Below, piece after piece: positions 10,280 to 22,356 of a stretch of 64,000 nucleotides of DNA. The first letter of the stretch is position 1; every line of letters begins with the position of its first letter. The stretch covers positions 6,154,978 through 6,218,977 of the forward strand of contig BFEA01000015.1 of the NCBI GenBank assembly GCA_003427395.1, in the 5' to 3' direction. Source of the stretch: Chara braunii (taxonomy: Eukaryota; Plantae; Charophyceae). A program made the translations under genes and the position numbers. The notes below the pieces were generated by a model, which searched no databases, had not been told where the DNA came from, and worked only from the letters and a program-made list of their open reading frames with translations.

Positions 10280-12260
10280 TTAGCAGGTCGATGCAGACGT
10301 GTCAGTCCATCCGTGTTGCCATGTCTCTCCGTTTTCCGATGAACGATATCGAAATCCTACTCCTGTAGTTGTACCGCCCATCGGCCAATCATGCCCATGT
10401 AGTTGGTGAGCTTCTTCAAAGCTAGCAGAGGCTCGTGATCCGTCACGAGGCGAAACTTCGGTCCGTAGAGATACGGATGGAAGTGTTGGATTCCCCAAAC
10501 TACCGCATAGCACTCGCCTTGAGGTGCTGAGTCATTCCGGCGTTCGTCAGGCACTGTGAGTAACGTGCACTCGATGACGTGTTCACGACCATCGTTCCCC
10601 TTCTGCGCTAAAATAACGGAAATGGCTTCCGGTTGCCAGTCCATAATGAGGATAAACTGCTTGGAGGGGTCCGGTCAGATCAAAATAGGAGCCGTCGCCA
10701 AGGCGTCTTTGAGGGTCGCGAAGGCCTGCTGGCACTCCGCGTCCCAGCTGAGAGGCTGGTCCTTCCATAGCAGATTTGTTAATGGTCGTGCAATCGCGGC
10801 AAAGCCCTTGATGAAGGGTCGATAGTACGACGCTAACCCCAAGAAGGCTCGAACCTGCGTCAGTGACATGGGAACCGGGGCTTCTTTCACTGCCGCAACC
10901 TTTCTTGAGTCCGGTCGTAGTCCTCCACGTGTCACGACGTAGCCCAAGAACGAGATTTCTAAGAGGAAAAATTTGCTCTTCTCGAGCGCAATCTTGAACC
11001 CAGCGTCTCTCAACGCGCCCAATGTCCATTCGATATGTTGCGTGTGCCCGTGATAGGTTTCCGAATAGACCAGGATATCGTCCATGTACACGATCACACA
11101 AAAGTTAATCATCCCTTGTGTCAGCCGTGTCTTGTTGACGAAATTCTGGAACGTCATGTTCATCGCTCGCTGAAACGTGGCAGGCGTGTTGCAAATACCC
11201 ATCGGACATCGAACCCATTGCCACGTACCTTCAAACAGTATGAAGGCCATCTTCGGCCGATCTTCCTCCTTTACCAGAATGTGATGGAAGTCATGCCGAA
11301 TATCAAACTTGCTAAAATAATTAGCGCATCCAATCGCATCCAACAAATCATCAATCAGGGGGAGGGGGTACACATCTTTGATCGTGATCTCATTCAGCTT
11401 GCGATAATCAATGTAAATGCGAATCGCTCCGTTTTTCTTCGGTACTAACACTACGGGAAATGACGAAGGTCCGGTGGCGGGTTCAATCCAGCCGCTGGCT
11501 TCGAACTCCCGAATTCGTTTGAGGGCCTTTTTGTGTTCAATCAAGGAATACCGGTAAGGTTTGCAATGAATTGGGGAGTGATTTCCTGTCTGAATTTCAT
11601 GTTGGATTAATAACGACAAGCCAATGTCAGTGTCTGTCACACTAATCGCTCCTTGGTATTCTGTTAGAATGCCTGCAATCACCCGGCTGGTCAGTTGCAT
11701 CGTTCTCGCTATCGTTTTGGGCGGTGGGTAGTAAACGCGCTGTCGTATTAATTTCAAGATCTCCGGATCATCTTCATCACTGCTATCCGCATCATTTGTC
11801 GAGGATTCTTCGTCCGCGGATTTTTCCCAAGAGATCATACGAAGGGTTCCAGCAAACATTGGCGAGACTTGGGGGACCGTGTTAATGGTAGTACGGAGGG
11901 TCAATCGCATGGGCACGCCGTAGGGTTTTCCTCCGGTATTTCGGAGGATAATCGATCTTCGTTCGAAATCCAAGTTCGCTCGTAGGGCCACAAGAGCGGG
12001 AAGTCCGAAAAGAACGTCGTACGTATTAACATCTAGTACTACGACATCCCCAAGCGCGTGCACTTTTCCTAACCGGAAAGCGACATTGGTCATTCTTCCC
12101 ACGGTCTTGATCTTTTCTTCATCTGCCGAAACGAGCTGATCTTTCTCAGTGAGCATGATCAGATCGTTTTTCCATCCTGCTTTCTTGACTACTTCTAACG
12201 AAATAGCCAAAACGGTCGCTCCTGAATCAATGATTGTGTTATATGGAATTCCCTAAATTT
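10280..12260 (-). pseudogene. Gypsy pol: aspartic protease, RT, RNase H (frameshifted)
   Basis: IIDSGAT near 12215-12235; IDYRKLN, YPLP, PMGICNTPATFQR, YMDD, FLG; RNase H segments DWQPEAIS, ECYAVVWGI, TDH. Confidence 0.95.
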
Positions 12261-12282
12261 CAATATCGCATTTTGCGGACTT

Positions 12283-13872
12283 TCACGGGATGACTTTAAT
12301 CCGCAGAAAATGGTCGTCTTTCTGGATTAATCCTACCCGTATCGGATCCGAAATGCCTGTCGGATTTTCTTCGAGTGTGGGGCTTTTAGTGTTTGCGTTC
12401 GGTACTCGGGCCAGAGCGAATCGTTTTCGGTTCGCTTCGCAGTGCTGCAACATCCGCTCGTTGGATTGTTCAGAGATCGAAAGCAAATGACCGATTGGAA
12501 GTGGAATCCGATGGTCCAAGGCTCGGACGATGTTTAATACATCGATTTCTCCCGTGACGAAAGTGGGTCCTCCTGATTCAATTTCCCCTGGAGAGGGTCG
12601 CCATTCTGCCACTTCCCTTTGTTCTTGCGCTGGCCTGATTGTTCCGATCATTCCTAGCCCATGATATCCAAGCGATACATACTGATCTAACGGGATTAGT
12701 TCGGCTGCCTCTTCCGTGGTGGCTAGGGCACTTCCCCCACCCTCTACTTCTTCCATTAAAGCTCTGACTCGTCCTGGTCCGTTAGCGATGGGGGCCGTTG
12801 CCATTGGTGTGACCCCAATCCGCTGTTTCGGGGGTCGGTGGGGACAGTCTTGGGCCAAATGCCCTGGCTGATGACAGGCATAACAGACATTCAGATTATT
12901 CGCGGCTCCCCCAAGAGCAGGTGTCGGACCCAATCCTTGCTGCATCGGAGGGGCACACACCACAATGGGCCGCATGTTCCTCATCATGGCCTCTAGCCGA
13001 GCGTTGTGCTCTCGCTGCTCCTTTTTGCTTTCCTGGATTAGACTAATCAATGTTTGGGTTAGTTCGAATATGGCCGCTGATTCGTTCGATCGTACGGGAG
13101 CCTCAATCGGTGGCGGGGGTGGCGCCTTTACGGGTGCGGGTATCACAGGAGCGGAGGTGCTCGGAATCTCACTGAGGGTTAGTCGTTTGGGGCCTATCTG
13201 TTCCATATAGGTGACAGGTCCTGATACAACCCCCATATTTTCAAACTTGTTTTGTAACGCAGCCAGCTCAGCTCTCGCTCGTGCGAGTTCGGTCGAATCT
13301 CCTTCTCTAGGATAATCTTCTCCTTCCAGGAAATTCGCTGCGAACTTCCGTTCCATTTCCTCCGCAGCAGCCATGATTTGTTGTAGCATGTGAGTGATGG
13401 GGGAGAATGGCTTTCGCAACTTAACCCTTATTGTTCGGCTGCGAAACCCATCAATGAACAAATCTCTCCCTACCTGCTCACCTCGCTCAGTTTTTACAAA
13501 CATTCTGTAGAACCGGTTTCGATATTCTGCCACGGATTCGAGAGGTTTTTGCACTCGGTCCTTGATCATGTACAGTGCTTGCTCGGGGTGAACATAATCA
13601 AATCGATTCATGAAATCCCGTTCGAAGGTCGGGAGATCAACCCACACGTAGGTACTGAACCAATGATGAGCGTCTCCTCCCATTCGAGCCGGAATGTTGA
13701 TCTGTGCTTCGTTATCCTCGTACTGCTGTGCTCTAAGCGTGGCCAGCCACGCTCCTGCAAGATGGTGCACCAGATCAAATAGATAGAGATCAGGTGGCGT
13801 TATGGGAGCCCGGGCACATGGGGCGGGTTGATTTGGTGGATTAGCATTCTGTTGCGCTTTTGGGTTTTGCAC
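12283..13872 (-). CDS. Gypsy gag
   Basis: Retrotransposon gag-like core (QKPLESVAEY...FIDGF) and CCHC knuckle CYACHQPGHLAQDC. Confidence 0.88.
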   Translation of the reverse strand: MQNPKAQQNANPPNQPAPCARAPITPPDLYLFDLVHHLAGAWLATLRAQQYEDNEAQINIPARMGGDAHHWFSTYVWVDLPTFERDFMNRFDYVHPEQALYMIKDRVQKPLESVAEYRNRFYRMFVKTERGEQVGRDLFIDGFRSRTIRVKLRKPFSPITHMLQQIMAAAEEMERKFAANFLEGEDYPREGDSTELARARAELAALQNKFENMGVVSGPVTYMEQIGPKRLTLSEIPSTSAPVIPAPVKAPPPPPIEAPVRSNESAAIFELTQTLISLIQESKKEQREHNARLEAMMRNMRPIVVCAPPMQQGLGPTPALGGAANNLNVCYACHQPGHLAQDCPHRPPKQRIGVTPMATAPIANGPGRVRALMEEVEGGGSALATTEEAAELIPLDQYVSLGYHGLGMIGTIRPAQEQREVAEWRPSPGEIESGGPTFVTGEIDVLNIVRALDHRIPLPIGHLLSISEQSNERMLQHCEANRKRFALARVPNANTKSPTLEENPTGISDPIRVGLIQKDDHFLRIKVIP

Positions 13873-14034
13873 ATTGGCAGCTATATTGGCTGCTCGTCGG
13901 TTAGCCGATCTGCTTCGGGTGACGATAGGGTCGCGTCTATGCGCGTTCCAAGGGCGAGGTCGCCCTCGGTTAGCTAGATCGCCTAATTACCGTGCTATCA
14001 ATCCTAAGACCTAGCCACGTGTCGGGCTCCCATG

Positions 14035-16380
14035 CCAACCTCACGCCCAGCGCGACTTCCTGATCGGAGTAGGATGTGGGCCTGGAAGTGCGAAAAGGGG
14101 TATGCCAAGGATTTCTGGGAAAGTGGGGGAGTCTTAGGGGTATGAATGCAATTAGGCGAATAAGGGGCGCGTGCGCAAGGGACTCAAGGCCCAATGGGGC
14201 CTGGGTACTCTGGGCGACGACTTACGGGGAAGTCCCTCCGCGGAGGAGGTGGTCCCGAAAAGTTGCGCCGTCGGAGGCCACCACGCGGCGCAGGCCACTG
14301 CGTGTTTGAGTTGGGCCTTCGGAATTCCGGGGTTCTCCGGAACAACGCTAAGTTGATGATACGGGAGAAGAAGGCGAAAAGGACGAAAATTGGTGGTGAT
14401 GACGACAAATCCCGGGTGGATGAAGTAGGAGGTATGGTCAGGGGAAGGGAAATCAGAGCACCGGGGGTTGCTAAGGGTGGCGCAGTGGAATTCTCGAGGA
14501 CAAAGTCGATTCTCCGCGTGACAGGGGTATCGCTGCCTTAGGAGTTCGTTTATCCAAGGGGTGAAATAATCCGGGTCGTAGGATGAGTCTGAGCTCCANN
14601 NNNNNNNNNNNNNNNNNNNNNNNNNNNNNNNNNNNNNNNNNNNNNNNNNNNNNNNNNNNNNNNNNNNNNNNNNNNNNNNNNNNNNNNNNNNNNNNNNNNN
14701 NNNNNNNNNNNNNNNNNNNNNNNNNNNNNNNNNNNNNNNNNNNNNNNNNNNNNNNNNNNNNNNNNNNNNNNNNNNNNNNNNNNNNNNNNNNNNNNNNNNN
14801 NNNNNNNNNNNNNNNNNNNNNNNNNNNNNNNNNNNNNNNNNNNNNNNNNNNNNNNNNNNNNNNNNNNNNNNNNNNNNNNNNNNNNNNNNNNNNNNNNNNN
14901 NNNNNNNNNNNNNNNNNNNNNNNNNNNNNNNNNNNNNNNNNNNNNNNNNNNNNNNNNNNNNNNNNNNNNNNNNNNNNNNNNNNNNNNNNNNNNNNNNNNN
15001 NNNNNNNNNNNNNNNNNNNNNNNNNNNNNNNNNNNNNNNNNNNNNNNNNNNNNNNNNNNNNNNNNNNNNNNNNNNNNNNNNNNNNNNNNNNNNNNNNNNN
15101 NNNNNNNNAGAACAAAATCGCTACCGGGGCCAAATTCCTATCCCATTTACAACTGCATCAGGTGCAGGCAAAGATTCGACAGAAAGATAAACGATTAATC
15201 ATGGCATCCGTACATCCGCTCACTCAGCAACATACACATAATGCAATCGAGACAGAAATGGCAAGGACAAGTGTGAGCAAAAACCCAAGTGACCAAGTCC
15301 AGATTCCAGAAAGCCGAATCGAAAACAAGAACGGGCAAACCGCCCGGAGCCGCAATCAAAATTTATATACACAGGTAGGGAGGGGGAAGAGACAAAGAAA
15401 CAACAAATCCGCGTCCATCGACCTCAACTCTTTCCTCCTCTCTCTCTTCTCCGATGCGGACAGTCCGTCCTCACGCACCAACCCATGAAGTCGTCACCCC
15501 GCTTAGTCCTCCCGCATCCGTCAGATTCGCCCGAGCCCACAGTCCGTCGTGACCCACGTCAATCCCTCGCGTTTGGCACCATTCCTTCGGGTCGCCCAAC
15601 TCCTACTCTACTCACCTCTTACTTCGCTCGTGTGCCGATCCTTCCTGATCGCGCGACCCCGAGCTTCCAACAACGGGTTAAGAGAGCTAACTAATCGCGC
15701 AGCCGGAATTTATAGCGTGCATGCATGCGCGAAGAACACGGAATTACAAGGACTTAAAAGAGGGGACGGGGGAGGAGTTTGCCTGCGTCTGCATGGTCGG
15801 CTCGCGGCGTGGGGGACGTAGCCGCTCTCCACGCATCGATCCAATCATGCAGACCGTGGCTACCAAAAGCGCAGCGAAAGAAGGAGAAGGAGGGCGGGAG
15901 AAACAAGGTGCAAGAAGAAAGATACATTTACAATGGCGCCCGCCCAAAATTACAGTTACACACACGATTAAGGGCGCCTACTAATCGAAGTACCGTTGCA
16001 GCCCCATGAAGATGCGCGTAGACAAAAGGCACCGCGCGGCAAGAAAAATCCTAATTACTGAATTCCTGAATTCCTATCTAATGTGAAGGAGAAAAAAGCA
16101 CGAATTTCAGGGGGAAAGTCCGAAATTCCGAGAGCCATCGGGGCTCGACAAAATTCGAAAAAGACTCAAAAGAAAATTCAAAAAGAACGAAGCAGATTCC
16201 CGCGTGATGTCCGCGCCCAAAAGGTCGAAACTGAAACGAAAGAAACGTCGTCAAAATTTATTAATCGCACGTGCGGTGGTGCGCCAACCATCCCGCCGAC
16301 CAATCAATCAACCGGCCATCCCAGGACACACCCAGCTCCGAACCCAGCCATTCGGCGAAAGAGACGAAAAAGCAAGGACA
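14035..16380 (-). repeat. 5' LTR, lacking both canonical termini (contains a gap)
   Basis: Direct repeat of 1295-6029 minus the NUMT; cut at 16380 by the long-TIR element. Confidence 0.8.
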
Positions 16381-19300
16381 CCCCCGCCATGGAGAACCCA
16401 TACAATGAAGTATCCCTCCCTGTGAGTCTATGATCCGTCTATTGTTAAAAGAGGCTGTTGAAATACCTCTTCCTGTATGTTTTGGGGGACCTTATCAGAA
16501 AGAGGCAATCTGCGTTAATTCTTAAAGCACAATTACAGCATAGATAGGCCTGCAAGTGTCAGCATGAAACCCTCATCGCTTCGGTGGCCGCCGATTTTAT
16601 TTTTAACGGTGCCCCTGGTGGTGAGGCGCCTCCGAGTTTTGTTTGTGGCAACAAAAACTTTATGCAAGGCTGGGGCCGTGTACTAGCGGTTTAAGGAGGT
16701 TGGGGCAAAATGAATCCTTGCACAAGTTCACTCTTGCTACTATACGATCCTGATCATTGGTAATTTTCAACAAATGAGTGTGTCCCGCAGGATGGACAGA
16801 CGAAGAGCGATCTTCTAACCATATGAAGGGGTCAGTACCAGCTGGAAGTATGGGGTGTCAGTATCGCAATCTGTTCTAACGCCAACACCTTCCAAGGAAC
16901 TTGTGGGTTAAAACGTAATTGCTTAATCCATTGAACTTACAAGGTCATAACATGTGTGGTTGGGTCCAATATACCTAGGCCCCTTTTAGGGTGAGACTTG
17001 AAATGCTAATTGCCTTCCCACTCTGCTGATCACATTTTTGCATTCATAATTGTCACGCCATAGATATGCAACCACTTATCTTTGCAAGGGTTGCGGGGCT
17101 ATTGTATCCAAGGCCCAAATTGATGATTTGTACCACAGTGTGACTAGGATTACATTATTGATCAAAAGCGTTATACCTATTAGGGAGATGTGTTTGTCCT
17201 TCCATAGTGTCATCTTGGGCAACGATGGTAAGTTCCACTCTCATTGCTGCAGTTGCCTCCGAGTCGGCAGTTGATCCCCAGGTTTCCCCAGTGCAATCGA
17301 TGCTATATTAATCCGAGTGTTGGATAATGTCGGCGATCATGCCCTTCAGCCAATGCAGCTCCTTAGTAGTGTTAGGCCTCTCATTCGACTCTGATTGAAA
17401 AAGGCCCCAACTTTTATAAGTTCAATACCTCCCTACTTAAACTTTCGTCCCTTAAAACCCTGAAAAAAACTTTTGGCATTATTGGGAATCGCTGAGGGTC
17501 AGCGCCGCCTCAACGATGGATTGGTTTAATGAAGGAGTGTCGTAGTTGGGGGACCGGATTAAAAAATTTCCATTAATCATGCGAGGGGGAAAAAAACAAT
17601 ACTAGACAATCTGCTGAAAGAACTGGAACGTTAGGATGTCAAACTGTAGTCCGAACCTTTGGATGACACGACTTATCACAGACTATATGTCACCAGAGAA
17701 CAACTAAAGTAGTACAGACATATTTGGTCGGTCAAGCTGAGGTGTGGCATATTCAGGCGCGCATAAGGGAACAAGACACAAAGGGAACGGTGGCGAAAAC
17801 CTTTTACAGAAAGGTTAAAGCCAGGGCTAGGCAAGCAGCGGTATCTTCCCTCAACCATCCTTTCGATTGCTCTCTTCCCAATGCCACTAATGCATACTCC
17901 ATTGTCGACTACGAAACGCAATATTACCAAAGGTTTTACGCCTCTCAACAAAGGTTGGCAGAAGCAAGAGAATCAATGTTACAACGCCTGCCATTGCTGC
18001 CAACAATGTTGTCAACAACCCAACGTGAATTGTTGGACGTTCTACTGTCCACATACGAGCTGTTAGAAGCCTTGAGGGGAATGGAAGATGAAAAGACCCC
18101 GAGCCTGGACTCTTTTCCAAAAGAGTTATGACTAAAAAACAAGGTCACCTTCCAAGACAACATCGTGGCATATGTACACCCAGTCAAGTTCGAGGGATCC
18201 TTTCGGGGGTTAATTTCTCAGGGGGTGATCACGCTGTTGTACAAAAAAGGGGATAAAACTGATGTTAGGAAGTACAGGTCAATTACGCTTCCCCCCTTAC
18301 CTTACAAAATGGTATCTAAAGCACTCACTAACCGCTTGCTCCCACATATGAAACATTCGATCTTCCAGGATCAAACAAGATTTATGCCCCAACGCAACAT
18401 CCAGGATAACGTGCTCCTTGTAAACGAAACAATAAAATACGCCAAAAAGAAGCCACTATTTTGTTCATAGACTTTGAAAAGGCCTACGACTACATGGAAT
18501 GGGACTTCATCGATGTCGTTCTGCGAAAAATGAACTTCGGCGATTCCTTCAGAGCATGGGTGTCTATCACTCACAAGTCCACCACAACGTACATTATGGT
18601 CAATGACCACCTCTACCCTCCATTCGCCCTTCAAAGATCGGTGAGACAAGGGGACCCAGTGAACCCCCTCCTCTTTGTGCTAGTTATGGAAGCACTTGCG
18701 ACAATGATCCGGGCTAATCCGGACATTGAATGCATTGACATCCCGTAATTACCGTCGCGGTTAGTGCAAGTGACATCCCCATTCGCAGATGATCTGACGG
18801 TCCTCATTAATGCCTCAGAGGCATATCTAAGAGCGCTGACGGATACAATTTAGACATTTGTTGTAGCAGCGGACATGAAGGTTAACTGGGGAACCAAGAC
18901 AGAAGGATGGTGACTCTCTCCACAAGACACCCAACTCCCGCAGCACCCGTCAGTCAATTGGAGAAGGCGTGAAGAGACAATCATAATTTTGGGAATCCGC
19001 CTAACAGCAATGGGAACCCCACTAGACCATGGTCAGATACTAGTCCAAACAACCCTGCCAAGGTTGGCCAAATGAGATGGTCTCCCCACTTCATTGGTGG
19101 GAAGGGCATTAGCAATCAATAATGTCATTCTAACCACCGTATGGTACAAAACAACGTTCTGGCAGATCCCCAGGAAGCAATTGACGCATCTGCATGAGGC
19201 ACTGACAGCTTAGCTATGGAGAAACAACCATGCCCACACGAAATGCATCAAAAGGGTGGCATGGAAGCACATTACCCAACTGAAGGCGGTAGGGGGACTG

Positions 19301-20207
19301 GGTATCCTTGACCCAAGACACAGAATCAGAGCGCTGTTGTTTAAAATAATCACTCGCCTGCTGCTCGCTAACGACATCTCGTGGCTGCCCATCACTTGCA
19401 TCCAATTGTCAAACCTGCCCCCCCCCTCCCACCCGCACCACCCAATCCACCCTCTCACCTGGCTGGTCGATGCAGCATGGTCCTTACCAAGTCCTCCTCA
19501 GCATAAGAAGGATGGGCCGCCCCGTAACAGAGCCAGATGGGATCTTAAAAATGACCCTCTGTGGACCACAATGGTGGACCTGTGGCGACAGATGGGGCTA
19601 ACCCAAAAGCCCCCCCCCCTCAGATGGTATGAACTATGTAGATAGCCACTGTTCGGGAACCCGCACGTCACTTTCGTTGTCCGGCGGCTCTCACTGGCTC
19701 ACATGGGTGCAAAATGGGATTTTTACTCTGGGGGATTTGTGGGACACTCACACCCGAACATTGAAATTGCCACAACAGTTGCAGCCCATTTTTCAAAATG
19801 TTCAAAGATTCCAAGACAAACAGCAGCAACTGCATTCAACAATACAACTACAGTGGGTGGCCATCCTACAACAAGTACCGTCAGGACTAGGTGATTCAAT
19901 CCAGTCAAAACCAAATCCCCATGACTATCTACGTAGTACTTAATGGCACTCAAGAAGGTCTGCGGCTCCATGCCTTCGAACCGGACGTGCCAGAGGCCAG
20001 ATGGCCCCCCCTAAAGAGAGCCCCCGACCTAGACTGCACAAGGCCAGAAGAAGGACTCACAAGAATAAGCGTGGTGGGGTCCGAAGACACGGGTTTTTAT
20101 GCATACGAGATGTCTAACCCGGTGGGGGCCCTCCCCTTCGACCCTGATCAGTGGGAGTGGAAGGGCCGCAACCCAATCCCAATCTGGCAATACACAGTTA
20201 GATATAA

Positions 20208-20402
20208 GGGGAAACTACACGGTAGTCACAAAAACGAGTTATATTTGCAGTATGGGCCAAAATACCGTTTGCAATTGCAGTTCGGGCAATGTATACAACC
20301 CAGCTTTCTGGCCAGGTAGGGTGCCCGAAGTACAATTGCAAACTGTATCTTGCCCCAATATGCAATTATAACTTTTTTTTGTGACTCCCGCATAGTTACC
20401 CC
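20208..20402. mobile_element. Mutator-like MITE with 9-bp TSD TAGATATAA
   Basis: TSD at 20199-20207 and 20403-20411; long TIRs starting GGGG and ending CCCC. Confidence 0.88.
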
Positions 20403-21062
20403 TAGATATAAACAATTGCATAACCGCATGCAATCGACTTCGGTAGTCCAAAATAGATGGAGAAGGGACTCGCCGGTGGCAGAAGAAAACTTACGCCACA
20501 TCCCATGGGTCACCCATGCTCATATTATGCCAACCTCCCACAAGGCCCTACAGTGGCAAATTATACATCAATGCCTTCCGACCTCGGACTGGGTGACAGC
20601 GAGGTCCAACGTGGAACAGACAGGGGTTTCGTCCCCCATCTGCTCCCATTGCGGGCCCGATGCTCCTCAACGAAGGGCAGATCTTGAACACTGCCTTTTG
20701 GCATGTCCAATGGCAATAAAGATACGTCAGTGGTGGGACGCAATGTGGCACGCCCTTACAGGATCAGTATTTCACTGGGACATAGCCCTCATCCTTCTAG
20801 GGAAACGGAAAAGCATCCCACAGACTTGACACCGTTCCAAAGAAACATGTTTAAACACATGAGGATGACTGTCCTGATGGTCATATGGCGAATGAGGTGC
20901 TCGTCGGAGCGACAAGAAAGGACGTTAGGCTATCACCAAGCCAAAGCGAAACTCGTAGAAATTGTCCCGGCTAACTTGGTCAAAGCTGGTAGAAAACTGA
21001 TGGAAGAGGTAGCAGGAACTCCGGATAGAGAGAAAAAACAACAGGCTATCTCAGCATTTAAA

Positions 21063-21261
21063 CCACCAGTACTTGGCCTAGTTATCGGCCGCGGGCGATT
21101 CCTGTTAACGCGCCGGTAGTTGCGCGCTTCGGGACACCGAACCGTAATGGCTGGATGCGCCAGCCAAAATCAAAACGAAACGGTGCCCCGGCGGCTCGGC
21201 AAAACTTGGCTTGCAGGGGGTATCCCAGCTTGGCATCAATAGTTGGGCCAAGTACTGGTGG
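21063..21261. mobile_element. MITE with TIR CCACCAGTACTTGGCC at a duplicated TTTAAA/TTAA target (piggyBac-like)
   Basis: Perfect 16-bp TIR; TTTAAA at 21057-21062 and 21262-21267. Excision restores LINE ORF2 SAFKERWLDP. Confidence 0.85.
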
Positions 21262-21868
21262 TTTAAAGAGCGCTGGCTTGACCCCCACAGCAAGATGGCC
21301 GAAGTCCAGGAGACTGGAAAGCTTATCTGGAAAAATTGGGCGGTGCTCGAAGACCAATGGCCCTTCCGGCACCCAGACTGCTTCTCTCTCAACGATTCAA
21401 GTTCTATTGCATTTCATTGCATTGCACCGCTAATCATCTCCTATCAGTCCTATGATAGACGATATGTTTCACATGTTATGTAGGGGAAAGGTGTGGGTAG
21501 AGGGTTGGGAAGGGTTAAAAAGTCTGACAAGGAAACGATCAAAAGGGGGGTTGCCGGACAGGGTTGGGTTGACAGACAAGGGGTGCTTCAGGATGGGATG
21601 GGTGTTACTAGCCGCTCCAGGGGACAATGGAGTCCCAGACCAGTAAGACAAACAACCATGGCCCTGGGAAACAATGACCAACAACTGCTGAGCTACAAGA
21701 TGTATCAATGAGACGTTGGACCCGGTTTCCAGCAGGTGTTGCTCCCCACCAATGGATGGAGCAGCCCAACAGTCAAGCCCGCAATCCTGGCGGTTATTTT
21801 ACCACCGCTGGGATAGAGGGCTGACACAAGGTCTTTAAAATAAATAAATAAATAAACAGATAAATAAG

Positions 21869-22146
21869 GTAGGCTACCAGTCGGGCCGCCTGGGTCACCC
21901 CATTGTCCTGGACGTCCCAGCTGTGCAAGGACTAGGGAAGGTCCTAGCAAAACAATAAATATCAAAAAAATCCGAAAAACAACTATGTTATGCATAAAAA
22001 TAAACTGAACAACTTTTGCCGTAGGGTCACATCGAAATTCTTTACCATATTTAAAATAAAAAATAAAGTTAAAACAAAAAAAATATTTTTTTATTACTTT
22101 TTTGGCCCAGGTGGGCAAGTGTCCCCGGGCCACTCTGGTAACCTAG
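21869..22146. mobile_element. MITE with 8-bp TSD TAAATAAG inserted in the LINE tail
   Basis: TIR gtaggctaccag / ctggtaacctag; TSD at 21861-21868 and 22147-22154. The A-rich context weakens the TSD call. Confidence 0.65.
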
Positions 22147-22319
22147 TAAATAAGTAAATAAATAAATAAATAAAAAAGAAAAAATTTACACAATGGATGG
22201 GCCAGGTATTTTATCTAGAGGTCTGAAAATTCGGATGTTGGTCTTAAAGGGAATGCCACTCCTTTTTTTTCCTTCCTCTGTGACCTGCAGCAGGGGACTT
22301 TTTTTTCCTTTTAGTGAGC

Positions 22320-22356
<37 letters not shown>

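Larger units (their letters stand above)
1286..16380 (-). mobile_element. Ty3/Gypsy LTR retrotransposon, decayed; outer end of 5' LTR truncated
   Basis: gag-PR-RT-RH-IN order on the minus strand, flanked by long direct repeats (1295-1451=14035-14191; 2227-2366 plus 4899-6029=15109-16380). Confidence 0.9.
17270..21860 (+). mobile_element. 5'-truncated L1/Tx1-like LINE (ORF2 pseudogene, 3' UTR, (TAAA)n tail)
   Basis: Endonuclease end (GDH, FYKFNTSLL); RT motifs ITLLYKKGD, FIDFEKAYD, RQGDP, FADD; C-terminal CSHC...EHCLLAC. Many stops. Confidence 0.9.
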
